Shown in pieces: positions 38,340-51,013 of a stretch of 64,000 nt of DNA (position 1 is its first letter; every line of letters begins with the position of its first letter). The stretch is taken from contig OX597823.1 in NCBI GenBank assembly GCA_951406725.2, positions 90,396,001 to 90,460,000 on the forward strand, read 5' to 3'. The position numbers and the translations under genes were made by a program. This stretch comes from Octopus vulgaris. Its lineage: Eukaryota. The notes below the pieces were generated by a model. That model searched no databases. It saw only the letters and a list, made by a program, of their open reading frames with translations, and was not told the origin of the DNA.

Positions 38340-39660
38340 GTTTCTTTATTGGCCATGCAATGCTGAACACAGAAGGGACAAAATACTAAGTAGAGCTTTT
38401 TTTTTGGGAAGAGAAGAAGGAAAAAAAAGTGGGGAGTAGAAATTCGATCAAAAGGGATTGTAAAAAAAAAAAGGCTGAACAATAGGGATCGTGTATCACA
38501 GAGATGTCATAATGTAAAAAGGGGAAACAGATTAGGTTTATCTGTGGAAAGAAAAGCCGACTGAAAAGACCACTTTAACCTCGGGCAATTATGTCATGAA
38601 AAAAAAACACGTTACAGTGATTCTTCTTTCCTTCTTTTTTTTTTAGTTCATAGGATTATGTTCAAGCTGGCTCTGTCTTTCACACATGCTATCCTTGCTA
38701 CATTCACCCATCTTTTTTTGAAACATTCACTAGACAAAACTTCCCTCTATTCTCATCTTCCTTTTCAATTGATACTTGAAGAAGAGAGAGGAAAGTGTTT
38801 GTCTCTAGACCTTTCAGATGCATCCACCATACACATTCTTTTGCCATAGCAACAAGTATGATGAAAATGGCTCTTCCTTCTCATTTCAAAGAAGGATGCA
38901 TGACAATATTCAAAATAGACTTGGTTGATAAACTGACTTGTCCCACATGCGACAGCAGTCGTTTGACATAGGCCTACAGTTCGGAAATGGTTGGACACTG
39001 TACGAGTGCATGTAGAATGGTTTCATTGCTCTGATCACATCTTGGGCAGGTCAGTCTTGTATTTCTCGAGCCATGCCTGTAGAGCTTATCCCGAACGGGT
39101 AGCACTTCTCGATAGCACTGCCAGGCCAGGGATCTCTGGAAGTTGTCCATAGGTCCTGGCCTGAAAGTCTTCTTGAACAGGCGGGTCAGGTATTCCTCGT
39201 CAATGCCCAGGTTCACCCCGAGGTGATCGTTGTACCTCCCCTCCACTAATCCCCTATAGAATGCTTTGGTTGTGTTGAAGTCGCTCAAGGTTGATCCAGA
39301 ATGGCATAGTTGCTTCAGAGCAACACGACACTCGCAGTACCATTCACCCTTCCTTGGCCTCTTTTTGATCCTCGACTGCAGTTCAGTCATGGAGATGAGC
39401 TGCGAGAAAGTGCACCTCACAAACAGTGACCACACATGTTCACCATTGTCTACAAAGAGCCAGAGATGTCGCATTCTCAGCACGTGTCTGTGCATCATCA
39501 ACCACAGCATGCCCAGCTCTCCTTTTAACAAGTGTTGGCAGCAAACAGATTGCCTGACCATCAGAACATCCTTTCCACAAGAAGTGGAAGGGAATGCGTT
39601 CTAGTTTGGTGATGGTAGGGTTGGGACAAGGCACGGCGGTCAGGCAGTAGTAGGTGGGTG
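38340..39660 (-). mobile_element. 5'-truncated Tx1/L1-like non-LTR retrotransposon
   Basis: ORF2 C-terminus plus a 3'UTR ending ...GGCCAATAAAGAAA, followed by (TCTA)n. Confidence 0.85.
38648..39660 (-). pseudogene. LINE ORF2 C-terminal remnant with CCHC zinc finger (zf-RVT-like)
   Basis: ...LERIPFHFLWKG / CQHLLKGELGM...AWQCYREVLPVRDKL...CPRCDQSNETILHALVQCP...FKKRWVNV...LNIIL*. Contains frameshifts and stops. Confidence 0.85.
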
Positions 39661-40071
39661 CCAAGAGTTTGGTAGATTACATCCTGGCATCGCAATATAT
39701 TGTCATCAAATCTCTAGTCCAATGGTTTCTCAATGGGTGGGTAGGTAGGTAGATAAATAAGTTTCTTTATTGGCCACACAGGGCTGCACACAGATGGGAC
39801 AGAGAGAGACGGATAGATGGATAGATAGATATAGGCAAATAGATAGATAGATGTATGTGTTTGTGAGTATGTATGTGTTTGTGTGTGTGTGCGTTTGTAT
39901 CCCAATGCTTGTATGAGTGTATTTGTGAGTACATATGTTAGTGTGTGTGTGTGTGTGTATGTGCTTGTGACTATCTCTGTTTGTAAGTATGTATTAATAT
40001 ATGTGTGTGTAAAGAGAGAGAAAGAGAGAGAGGTAGATACTCAAGTTCATTGATAAATAGATAAAGATAGG

Positions 40072-40107
<36 letters not shown>

Positions 40108-40493
40108 AAGGAAGAGAGATCAGCAGCAACAATAATTACTACAACAACAACAAGACCACCGCTACCAATAGTACCGACAATAACAACCAAATACAGTAAC
40201 AATAACAACAGCCGCAACACCCTCACTATGAACAGCAGCAATAGCCATGATAAAACCAACAACAACAACATCAGCCCTGTGAATATTGCCAAGTACATCA
40301 TTAACTTTGCAGTGCTGGGGTTCAATGCCTCCTGCAGCTGAGAGAGAGAGAGGGAGAAAGAGAGAGAGATGGGGGAAGAGAGAGAGAGGGGGGGCAAAGA
40401 GAGAGGGGAGGGGGAGAGAGAGAAACCATTGGACTAGAGATTTGATGACAATATATTGTGATGCCAGGATGTAATCTACCAAACTCTTGGCAC
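39658..40493. repeat. 74-bp inverted duplication (39658-39731 vs 40420-40493)
   Basis: GTGCCAAGAGTTTGGTAGATTACATCCTGGCATCRCAATATATTGTCATCAAATCTCTAGTCCAATGGTTTCTC, with one mismatch. Confidence 0.9.
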
Positions 40494-41215
40494 TTTGTCC
40501 AGCAGTACCCAATTAATTTAACTGATTCTCAGTGTTTCAAGAACCCTATTAATTTAAGTACCCACTCTCATATATATATATGTGTGTGTGTGTGTGTTTA
40601 TAACAGGAAGGGTTGAATATGCAGTAAATTCATATATATATATATATATATCTATATATATATATATGTATGTATCAATAGATAAATAGTAAAAGATAGA
40701 TTGAATAACATTTTTAATTAAAATCACTATAATCGTTTCAGTATTTTTACACATGTAGCACATTGGTGAAATGATATAGTCAGTGTTGTGTAATCACTAT
40801 CCTCCATCAAAGCTGTAAGATGCATTTCTTCAGGTGGTTGTTTGCTCATGCTATCATTTCACTCAGTCTGGGAACTGTGGATGTGCTTTGCATAGCATAC
40901 TTCAAGGTTTTACCCAAATCGTATTTAATTAATTAATTAACTGCCCACCCACCCATTCTGATTTCCAGTACTTAGAATTACTCATTTCCCATCATCAGCT
41001 GGTAAATCAAGACTGGTTTGAATATTTTTTGAAATATGAAATTTAACCCTTATCCTGCTTCAAGCTCTCACTTTTTATTTCATTTTGGTGCCTTTCAGTT
41101 AAAATATATTAAAGAATGCTTTACATTTGTATTAAACCCAGTAATGAACTGAATTGCTTCTGATAAATCAACAGATATATATATATATATATATATATTA
41201 TTATTATTATTATTA

Positions 41216-41264
<49 letters not shown>

Positions 41265-41265
41265 A

Positions 41266-42568
41266 TATTAAAGTGCTACTAATAGTTTCATATGTTGAGA
41301 AATATCTCAAATATATTTTTCAGGTGTAAACGAACTAAAAGATTGAATAAATAGAAGAAACACAATGAAGCTAAGAAAGCAGCACATAGAAAATGCAGAC
41401 AGTAAACAACAGAAAATGAAACGAAAGTGTCAAAAGGTAAAAAGTGCTACACTCCTTAGGCCTTAAATGAGAAGGCTGGAATGATATCAAAGCAGTCAGG
41501 AATAAGGGGAATTTTCCACTTCTTCAGAATATATTTATATATATTAATCAAAATATTAGTAATAGATCTAGTGGCACCAAAGATAAAGTAATACCTTATT
41601 ACTCTAGTACTAATCATGATAATAAGAAACCAAAAAATAGGCCAAGGAAAATAATTTGGTTTGCCCTTCCCTTTTCCCTTAATATAAAAACTAACATTGG
41701 TAAAAGATTCCTGTCTCTCCCAGACAAACACCAGCTGCTCACAGATACAGGAAAATATTTTATAGGCGTTCTGTAAAATTATTATATAGCTGCTGCCAAA
41801 ATATGAAGAGTATCATTACACGTGGTCAACACCAAGAGCCTGAATCCAGCTGCAACTGTCGCAACCCAGGATCATGTCCACTTGACTAACGATGTAAGAG
41901 TAAATCTATCATATATAATGCAGAAGTTACTGCAACCCTAAATAATAATACAACTGATAAGAAGACCTATATTGGATTATGTGAAGGAGAATTTAAAAAT
42001 CTCTATGCCAATCACATAGGACAAAGGGACAAAAATAAAGCTAGTAAGTTAGCTAGCTACATATGGACTTTGAAAGATAATGAAACACTGCTTGTGATTA
42101 AATGGAAAATAATTAAGAAATCCATATTTTATGTGAATGGATCGAATAAATGTAGACTTTGTTTGGCTGAAAGAGTGCAGATCCTGTTCAGAACTAAGAT
42201 CCCTAACTCTCTATTGAACTCCAGGTCAGAAATTTTCAATGGTTGCATACATATGTATCAATATATTCTGAAGAATTGGAAAATTCTGCCTATCCCTGAC
42301 TGACTTGATATCTTTCCAGCCTTCTCATTTAAGGTCTTAGGAGGATAGCCCTTTCAGGCACTTTAGTTTTGTTTACTGTTTTTCATTTTCCATTTTCGGT
42401 TTTTCTTTTTCCGTTGTTTCCTGTCTATGTTTTCTATCTGCTGCCTTCTCAGCTTCATCGCATTTCTTCTATTTATTCAATTTTTTAGTTCGTTATGATA
42501 TGTGGTTTGCACCTGAAGAATATGTTTGAGTTCTCTCAACACATGAAACTATTAGTAACACTTTAATA
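41266..42568 (+). mobile_element. 5'-truncated Penelope-like retroelement bounded by inverted terminal repeats
   Basis: 41266-41542 is a diverged reverse complement of 42252-42568. A GIY-YIG coding remnant lies between them, and each repeat has a hammerhead-like motif. Confidence 0.85.
41560..42303 (+). pseudogene. Penelope-like linker plus GIY-YIG endonuclease remnant
   Basis: RKIIWFALPFSLNIKTNIGKRFLSLPDKH/..RKIFYRRSVKLLYSCCQNMKSII...CNCRNPGSCPLD*RCKSKSIIYNAEV...KKTYIGLCEGEFK...H...LASYIWTLK...IKWKI...CRLCLAE...LLNSRSEIFNGCIH. At least one frameshift and one stop. Confidence 0.85.
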
Positions 42569-43066
42569 CCTGTATTGTGACCTTTGAAAAATATTGTTTA
42601 TCTCTTACCACATGGAATACTTTAGTACTTTTTTCGTAGAATTTTCTATCACAGACCAGTACATTATACACACACACACATATATATATATACATATATA
42701 TGTATATATATACACACACACACACACATATATATATATACACACACATACATATATACACAGACATATATTTGAATAAAACAAATTTCATTTTTTTAAT
42801 GGCGGAGGTAATATTTCTATCACACACACACACACACAAACACACACATATATATATAAATATAAGATCCAACGATCAAGGTGTAGGATGAAAGTTAGCA
42901 TCAAGAAATCTGTAGTAAATATATAAAACAACTTTCAGGGACAAAAGTGGTTTATTGAGATGGAAGGTTGTGGATTTTCTCCTTATTGAAATATGATAAA
43001 CTGAAAAAAGTTCTTTTTATATTCCGCGGCAGGCAACCGGAGTTGCTGGGTGTGCGAATAAGAATA

Positions 43067-43294
43067 TATTTCTTTACTGCCCACAAGGGGCTAAACATAG
43101 AGGGGACAAACAAGGACAGACAAAAAGATTAATTCGATTACATCGACCCCAGTGTGAAACTGGTACTTTATTTATCGACCCCGAAAGGATGAAAGGCAAA
43201 GTCGACCTCGGCAGAATTTGAACTTGGAACGTAACGACAGCTGAATTACCGCTAAGCATTTTGCCCGGCATGCTAACGTGTCTGCCAGCTTGCC
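43067..43294 (-). mobile_element. SINE family B with 16-bp TSD
   Basis: Direct repeat TGTGCGAATAAGAATA at 43051-43066 and 43295-43310. Confidence 0.9.
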
Positions 43295-43339
43295 TGTGCG
43301 AATAAGAATACAAGAATTAAGGAATGGAGGAAATAAGAT

Positions 43340-43429
43340 CTGGGCTACATATGTTTCATAGCGAGTGGAACCTCAGAAGTGGTAAATATGCAAGTGAGGT
43401 GTACATCAAAGGCTACTCTTCAGGTCAAG
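43340..43429 (-). ncRNA. Hammerhead motif, intact core, long stem II, weak stem I
   Basis: CTGAAGA-GTAGC...ACCTCA..TGAGGT...GCTAT-GAAAC-ATAT-GTA, with palindromic stem III ACATATGT. Confidence 0.6.
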
Positions 43430-43479
43430 GAGGTCCATGTTAACGCATGGAGGATTTGATCAGAATGTGCGTGTATATA

Positions 43480-43700
43480 TGGCAGGAATGTTAGCACGCT
43501 GGGCGAAATGCGTAGCCATATTTCGTCTGCCGTTATGCTCTGAGTTCAAATTCCGTCGAGGTCGACTTTGCCTTTCATCCTTTCGGGGTCGATAAATTAA
43601 GTACCAGTTATGCATTGGGGTCGACGTAATCGACTTAATCCGTTTGTCTATCCTTGTTTGTCCCCTCTGTGTTTAGCCCCTTGTGGGTAGTAAAGAAATA
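43480..43700 (+). mobile_element. SINE family B
   Basis: Highly similar to 6647-6877. Confidence 0.85.
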
Positions 43701-44172
43701 TATATATATATATGCGTGTGTGTGTGTGTGTGATAGCTAAATCGCAAATGGAGATGGATTGCTATAATTTTTTCAGGTGGAACCATTGAAAATTTCACTC
43801 TGTAGTGCATGAAACTTAAGGTAATGTCAAAAGCTGCCGTATAAAGAAGTCACTCATTCCCCAATTTAGTGGGTGGTGAGTGCTTGCTCTCACTATCCAG
43901 GACTAATGGGTGTGTATGTGTGTATCTGAAATAATATATGTTCCATAATATATATATTTGTATGATGGTGACGTTTAGATTATAGTTTTGAAAAGGTGTG
44001 TATATGCATACATACACACACACATACATACATGCATTACATACATACATTACATACATATACACACACACATACGTCCATCCATCCATCCATCCATCCA
44101 TCCATACATACATACATATATCATCATTTCAACGTCCATAATGAGGGTGATATATATACATGTGTATAGTAG

Positions 44173-44212
<40 letters not shown>

Positions 44213-44849
44213 CACACATTGCCACACCTATTGTCTACAACACCTAATTTGCTCAAACATATTCTTCGTTATTGTTGCTGTTGTTGTTGTTCATATTACT
44301 CCACTTATGTTGTTTGTCCCTGTAAGTAGTATTAGTGGTGGTGGTCATGGCGGTAATGGTAGAAACGGTGGTGCTGAAGTGCTTCATTATTTTTAGTTGC
44401 TGTTGTTTTTGTTTTCACCTTCTTGACTCATTTTTTTTTTGGTCTATTGTCTTATTCTGTTACTTAAAATATTGCTCTGATTCTGATTGCTGCTGCTGCT
44501 ACTGCTGCTGCTACTCTTGTTCTCATCCCCAGTGTCCTTGTTGGCTGTTATTATTAAGGTGGTCAGTGGGTGGAATTGTTCGTACACTGAGCAAGATGCT
44601 TACCAGCGTTTCATCCATCTTTACATTCTGAGTTCCAATTCCACTGAGGTTGACTTTGCCCTTCATCCATTTGGGGTTGATGAAATAAGCACCTGTTGAG
44701 TACCAGAGTCGATGTAATCAACTTACCCCACCCCCAAAACTACTGGCCTTGTGACAAAATTTTAAACAAATTATTATGATTATTATTATTATTATCATTA
44801 TTCTTATTGTTTGAGCGTTGGGCCTCACAGACACAAAGTGGTTGAGTTC

Positions 44850-45168
44850 CTTTTGAGCATTGGGCCTCACAGAGGCAATGACCAAGACCTTTGTCATGCA
44901 TGAGAAGAAGACCAATCAAGCCAAGCAAAATCAGTCATGACATATACGGGTGTCATGCAAATGGCACCCGTGCCGGTGGCACGTAAAAGCACCCATTACA
45001 CTCTTGGACTGGTTGGTGTTAGGAAGGACATCCAACTGTAGAAAACCATGCCAAATCAGACTGGAGTCTGGTGCAATATTCCAGCTTGCCAGCCTGGTCA
45101 AACTGTCCAAAGCATGCCAGAATGGACAACAGATGTTAAATGATGATCATAATGATGATGATGATGAT
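44850..45168 (+). mobile_element. RTE-type LINE 3' end (last codons plus 3'UTR)
   Basis: LGLTEAMT...EKKTNQAK-like remnant followed by the common 3'UTR and (GAT)n. Family B SINEs lie at about 44565-44765 and 45174-45372, and another 3'UTR at 45392-45685. Confidence 0.7.
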
Positions 45169-46659
45169 TATCAAGGTGGTGAGCATGCTAGGCGAAATGC
45201 TTAGCGGTATTTCGTCTGTCTTTACACTCTGATTTCAAATTCTGCCAAGGTCGACTTTGCCTTTCATCCTTTTGAAGTTGATAAATTAAGTACCAGTTAT
45301 ATACTGTGGTCGATGTAATCAACTAGTCCCCTCCCCACCAAAATCCCAGGCTTTGTGCCCATTGTAGAAAGGATCATCATCATCATTTTTATTGTGGCCA
45401 ATGCCAGTACCACCTGACTGGCTCCCGTGTCGGTGGCATGTAAAAAGCACCATTTGAACATTGTTATTGCCTGTGCCGCCTGACAGGCTTCCGTGTTGGT
45501 GGCATGTAAAAAGCACCCACTACACACTCGGAGTGGCTGGCATTAGGAAGGACATGCAGCTGTAGAAACCTTGCCAGATCAGATCCGAGCCTGGTGCAGC
45601 CAGCCCCCTGGCTTACCAGTCCTTAGTCAAACCGTCCAACCCATACCAGCATGGAAAGCGGACATTAAACAACGATGATGATGATTATTATTATTATCAT
45701 TATTATTATTATTATGATTATTATTATTATTATTATTATTATTAGGTGTAGTAGTAGTAGTAATAATAGTAGCAGCATTGACAGTGTTGTTTTTGTTGTT
45801 ATGTTTGGTTGTCTATTTGGTTTTATTAGTTTGTTGCTGTTGTAGTTGTTTAGTATCTTGACATGGTTGTTGTTGTTGTCGTTGCTTTTCAGTCTTTTAC
45901 GTTTGTTTTTTTTTTTTTTGTTTCTAAATATATTTAATGTATTTATTTATTTATTTATTCATTTAGTCTGTCTGTTTTTAGTTGCCACTCAGCAGAGAGA
46001 AGTTGTATTTCATTCATTTAACTAACAGCAACCAGTTGTCCATTTGGGGGTGGGGGTGGAGAGAGAGCGAGAGAAGAAGAAGAAGAAGGAGAAGAAGAAG
46101 AAGAAGAAGAGGGAGAGATTTACTTAGTAAATATTACAAGAAAGAGAATAATAGAGAGAAGGGTGAGAGAGACTGACAAAGAGTAAGGTAAAAGAAGACA
46201 GAAAGAGAGTAGGCGAGAAAGAGAGAGAGACTGAGGGGAGGGGGAAGAGAGAGAGGGAGTGGAGACATTCACTCAAGTAGACATTATCAGCCAGCACTTT
46301 TGGTGGGGTGTTTTGAATTAATTATTTCGACCTCCCAGAACATTCCCTGCCTCTTTCCTTCCCACCTTTTGCTCTCTACAAGCACACATGTATGCACACA
46401 GACACTTTCTTCCCCCTGTCCTTTTCACACTCTTAATCTCACTCACACAGTCAGTGTGCATGCACACATACATATATAATGTGTGAGTGTAGACGTATGT
46501 GTGTGTGAGTGTAGACGTATGTGTGTGTGTGTGTATGTGTATATATATATATATATATATATAAGCATATTCATGTGTTTATATTTGATTGTATGTGTAT
46601 ATATGTGTGTGTGTGTGTGTGTGTATTTATATATATAAACACATATGCAAATATATGTG

Positions 46660-46692
<33 letters not shown>

Positions 46693-47421
46693 ATGCATAT
46701 ATGTGTACATGTGTGTGTATATATATGTGGGTGTGTGTGGGTGTCAGTGCATATGCACATACATACACACACACACACACATATATATATACACACACAT
46801 ATACACACATACTTACATATATGTAGATGCAAGACAATTTAGTCAAGCAATTTGGGTCAAGATGGAAAAGAATGGTGCAATCAAAACAGAATTTGAAGCA
46901 CATTGTGAGCAGTGGTGTATAACAGCATCTGAGGGTCTGGTTGATACTTTGATATATGAATATATACAAAAACTCGTGCATACATATACACACACAAATA
47001 TATATATACATACACACATACATCATTATCATCACTATCATTATGTGTGCTTTTCCACACGGGAGTGTTGAGGCAGAATTTTTTTATGGGTGGATGCTTT
47101 TTCTGTCAACAACCTTCACCTGTTTCCAGGCAAGATAATGATCCTCTCAGTCTACCAAACAACTAACAGTCCAGGCATGTTTCCATGGTGAACTTTATGC
47201 TGAAGCAAGCAACACCATTTCTATCAGTGGTGAGGCTCTTCTCTACAATCAGTGTCCAACACGTCAAAAAATCTGGGTATGTTTACTCAGGGGACAGCAA
47301 ACAAACAACACCGTTTGTATGAATGAAGATACATTGTTTACAATCAGTGCTCACATGTCAAGACAAAAGAAATACACACTCAGTCTCTCTCTCTCTCTCA
47401 CTCATACACACATATAAATAC

Positions 47422-47468
<47 letters not shown>

Positions 47469-47644
47469 TGTGTATGTGTGCAATAGGCTTCTTGCAGAGT
47501 GTGAGGTGGAGATAGAGGAAAAGAGGAATAAAAGTGCAAAGGAGAGGTGGAGGAATGGAATGAGAGGCTAGGAAAGAGGCTGGAGAGCAGAATGGGAGAG
47601 CAACGGGGAAGTTTATTTTCTTTTTAAACCATGTGTGATCATGT

Positions 47645-48060
47645 ACATCATCATCATTATCATTGTTTAACGTCTGCTTTCCATGCTGGCATGGGTTGGA
47701 CGGTTTCATTTAGGTCTGGAGAGTCAGCAGTTGCACCAGGCTCCAATCTGATCTGGCAAGGTTTCTACTGCTGGATGCCCTTCCTAATGCCAACCACTCC
47801 AAGAGTGTAGTGGGTGCTTTTTATGTGCCAGCAGTACAGGAGCCAGTCAGGTGGGCCTGGCATCATTCACATTCGGATGGTGCTTTTTACATGCCACCAG
47901 CAAGGGGGTCAGTCAGGGGGTACTGGCATCAGCCATGTTCAGTTGGCACTTTTTACGTGCCACTGGTATGGGGGCCAGTTAGGGGCCCCTGGCCACAGCT
48001 ACAATATTGGTTTTACATCACTCAACTGGTCTTCTCAAGTATATCATATTGCACAACAAA
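47645..48060 (-). mobile_element. RTE-type LINE 3'UTR
   Basis: Conserved terminus and three subunits. Confidence 0.75.
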
Positions 48061-48389
48061 TCAGGGGTGAATACATATGAGTATGCATATACAAATGTTG
48101 GAATATGTGAGTGTGTGTGTGTGTGTGCATGGAAATATCAAATTTCTAATGTTGGCATAAGGCCAGTAATTTTGGGAGTAGTAGTAAGTTGATTACATTA
48201 ACCCCAGTGTTTAAATGGTACTTATTTAATCAACTCTGAAAAGATGAGAGGTAAAGTCAACCTCAGCAGAATTTGAACTCAGAAAATGAAGATAGGTGAA
48301 ATGCTGTTATGCATTTTGCATGGTGTGCTAACCATTCTGCCAGCTTACATTGGCCCTAGTACTTGACTGGCAATTTATTTTATGGTTCC

Positions 48390-48950
48390 CATCGTCGTCG
48401 TCGTAATCGTTTAACTTCCACTTTCCATGCTGGCATGGGTTGAACGATTTGACTGAGGGCTGGCAAGCCAGAAGGTTGCACCAAGTTCCAATCTGTTCTG
48501 GCAATGTTTCTACAGCTGGATGCCCTTTCTAACGCCAAGTACTCTGAGAGTGTAGTGGGTACTTTTCACATACCACTGGCATGAGGGCCAGTCAGGTGCT
48601 ACTGGCATCAGCCATGCTTGGATGGTGCTTTTTATGTGCCACTGGCACAGGAGTCACTCAGGTGACACTGACATCGACCAAGCTCGAATGGTGCTTTTTA
48701 CATGCCACTGGCATGGGTGCCAATCAAGCAGTACTGTCATCGGTCAACGACAATGACTTCACATGCCTCAACAAGTCTTCACAAGCACAGTTTATTGCCC
48801 AATGATTGAAGGGTACTCTTAAACGGGCCGGTTATGCTGCACTGGCATAGGCCATGGTTACAGTCACACTTTGCTTGCCGGGTCTTCTCAAGCACAGCAT
48901 ATCTCCAAAGGTCTCGATCACTTGTCATCACCTCGGTGAGGCCCAAGTGG
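48390..48950 (-). mobile_element. RTE-type LINE 3' end linking the ORF C-terminus to the ubiquitous 3'UTR
   Basis: LGLTEVMTSDRDLWRYAVLEKTRQAK (RTE-like DRxxWR end motif) runs directly into the subunit-containing 3'UTR and (GAC/GAT)n tail. Confidence 0.75.
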
Positions 48951-50051
48951 GAAGATCCCACCAAAAGTGTTGAGGTAAGTGTCAAAGGTTACTTTTATAT
49001 TCTAGACAAACGTTGGATACATAATTTAATGTGTTCCCATGACGTACTTCGTGAGACTCCAAAACACCCTCTCAACAACTCCTACTGACCTCTTGTCACT
49101 ACTCTTTATAAGAGTTTAGCTAGTCCATTCTTCCAATACCCCAGGGGTGTCAATGGCTCGCTTCCCACTCAAAAAGAATGAAAAAGACTTCAGCAATATT
49201 TGAACTCAGATGGTAAAGTGCCAGAAGAAATGCTGCTAATTTCCTCTAAAATGCTAACCATTCCTGCCAGCTCAACACCTTTGGGGAGGGTTCAAGAATT
49301 AGATAAAAAGAAACAATAAAGGTGGGATGACAGTTTCTTGCAATCAGTTCTTTTTAATCAGTTGGGTTACAACTGTCAGGTATAAGGTTAGGGAGAAAGG
49401 AGTATAAAAGGGAGATGACTGTTATTAAGACTGGAGTGGGAGAGATGTAGGGGAGAGATAGATGGGGGCAGCACTCATTAGTGTTCTGCAGCTGGAATGG
49501 TTAAATCATAAAGTGAAGTGACTGGAATTGTCTTATCGCAACGACCATCCACCATCACTACACTATCACATACCACCACCACCACCACCACCACCACCAT
49601 TGTTGCCACCTCCAATACTGCATCTGCTCTTCTCAAAGATGTTGATAGCGATGGGTGGGTGGATGGGTGGCCGGATAGGTGGAAATAGAGAAGACCCATT
49701 ATGCAAACTGTTAATCTCTAATAGAAGACATCTGGTAATCTTCCTTCCTGCTCTTCCTTGCTGTTTATTTATTAGTGTTGACGGAGCCTTATTTTCTTAC
49801 AACAATATCTACTTCCATCTCTTCCTCCCACCTTTCTCACACCTACATCTCCAACATCCCCACTTACCCATACACCATTATCTACCTCTCCATCTACTTA
49901 CCCACCTACCCACACACTTATCTACTCTCACACCTATCTACCTACCCATCTATCAATTCACCCTCTTACCTACCTACCTATCTATCTTCACTGCCCCCAC
50001 CTGACAGAACGCCCTCCTCCAAACGTTCATTCAGAAATCTACCAACCAATG

Positions 50052-50268
50052 TACAAGGTGAGGCATAAAAACCTCCCATATTTTATACAGCCATTGCTGT
50101 GATGCTAGCAAAGTTATACAAATGCTAAAAATGTCTTCAGGTAGCTAAGGATTTACCGTTTACATGGCATTTTTCATTATGGTTTCAATCTGTGCACATT
50201 TTGTGTTTGTTGTCGAAAAGTTGGTCAACCTGTAAAATGTGGCTGGTTTTTCCTTGCTTCCCCCTGTA
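50052..50268 (+). mobile_element. Tc1/mariner-like MITE with TA ends
   Basis: TACAAGGTGAGGCATAAAAACCTCCCATATTTTA ... TAAAATGTGGCTGGTTTTTCCTTGCTTCCCCCTGTA. Related ends lie at about 26273-26490, 26499 and 51532-51568. Confidence 0.55.
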
Positions 50269-50969
50269 CCTACTCTTGAGCCAACAACGGTGTCTCTCTG
50301 TAGCTACTCAAATTGCTAAAAGCAGCAGCTAAATAGCCCTCAAATAACACACCCTGCAATCTTTAAAGAAAAAAGAAAAGTTGCCTTGGATAACATAATC
50401 TGAGGTGAAGTATACAAAATGCTCAAAAGATAAGATAAGATTTTTTTGCTTGTTTCAGTCACCTATGAGGCTGACAGAGAATCCATCTGTCTAAGTGATA
50501 AAATAATTTCCCAGTAAACTAGAGATCTAGGTTCCAATTCCGGTCAGTACATCAGTTAAATTCTTCTTTTTAAATCTCAAAATGTACCTCACAAATGGAT
50601 CCCTTTGAATATTATTTACACCCGATTTCAGTTTGCATCCACAAAATATCACCAAGTATGTTAAAGGTTTATAAGCCTTTGATCTACCTTTTGTGTTAGC
50701 AGTGAAATTTAATCATTTTAAAGTTTATCTCTACAGATTTGCCATCAAATTGCTAAAAGCAGCAGCCAAATTTAGAGCCAGCACTGAAAGTTGCTATGTT
50801 TTACATATAAATATGTTTATGCAAAAAATGTGGTCAAAGATAGGAAAATAGGGAATGGATGTTGCCAGGAATGTGTTTAATATGAAAAACTAGTCTCTCC
50901 AATAGTGTTACACTGTTACATGTAGTGGCTGTTTAAGCAATGTATTTGTGGATGGTTAATGGGCTGAAT

Positions 50970-51013
50970 GTAATACTGAAGAAAGAGTAAAAACTCCTGA
51001 AATATGTATATAC
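50970..51013 (+). ncRNA. Minimal hammerhead-like motif
   Basis: ATA-CTGAAGA-AAGAGTaaaaACTCCT-GAAAT-AT-GTA-TAT. Core boxes are present but the stems are short. Confidence 0.45.

Noticed and set aside
40727-40812. Minus-strand TTGATGG...GAAACGATTATA
   Set aside because: Too many core substitutions and no stem I, so it is not counted among the motifs.
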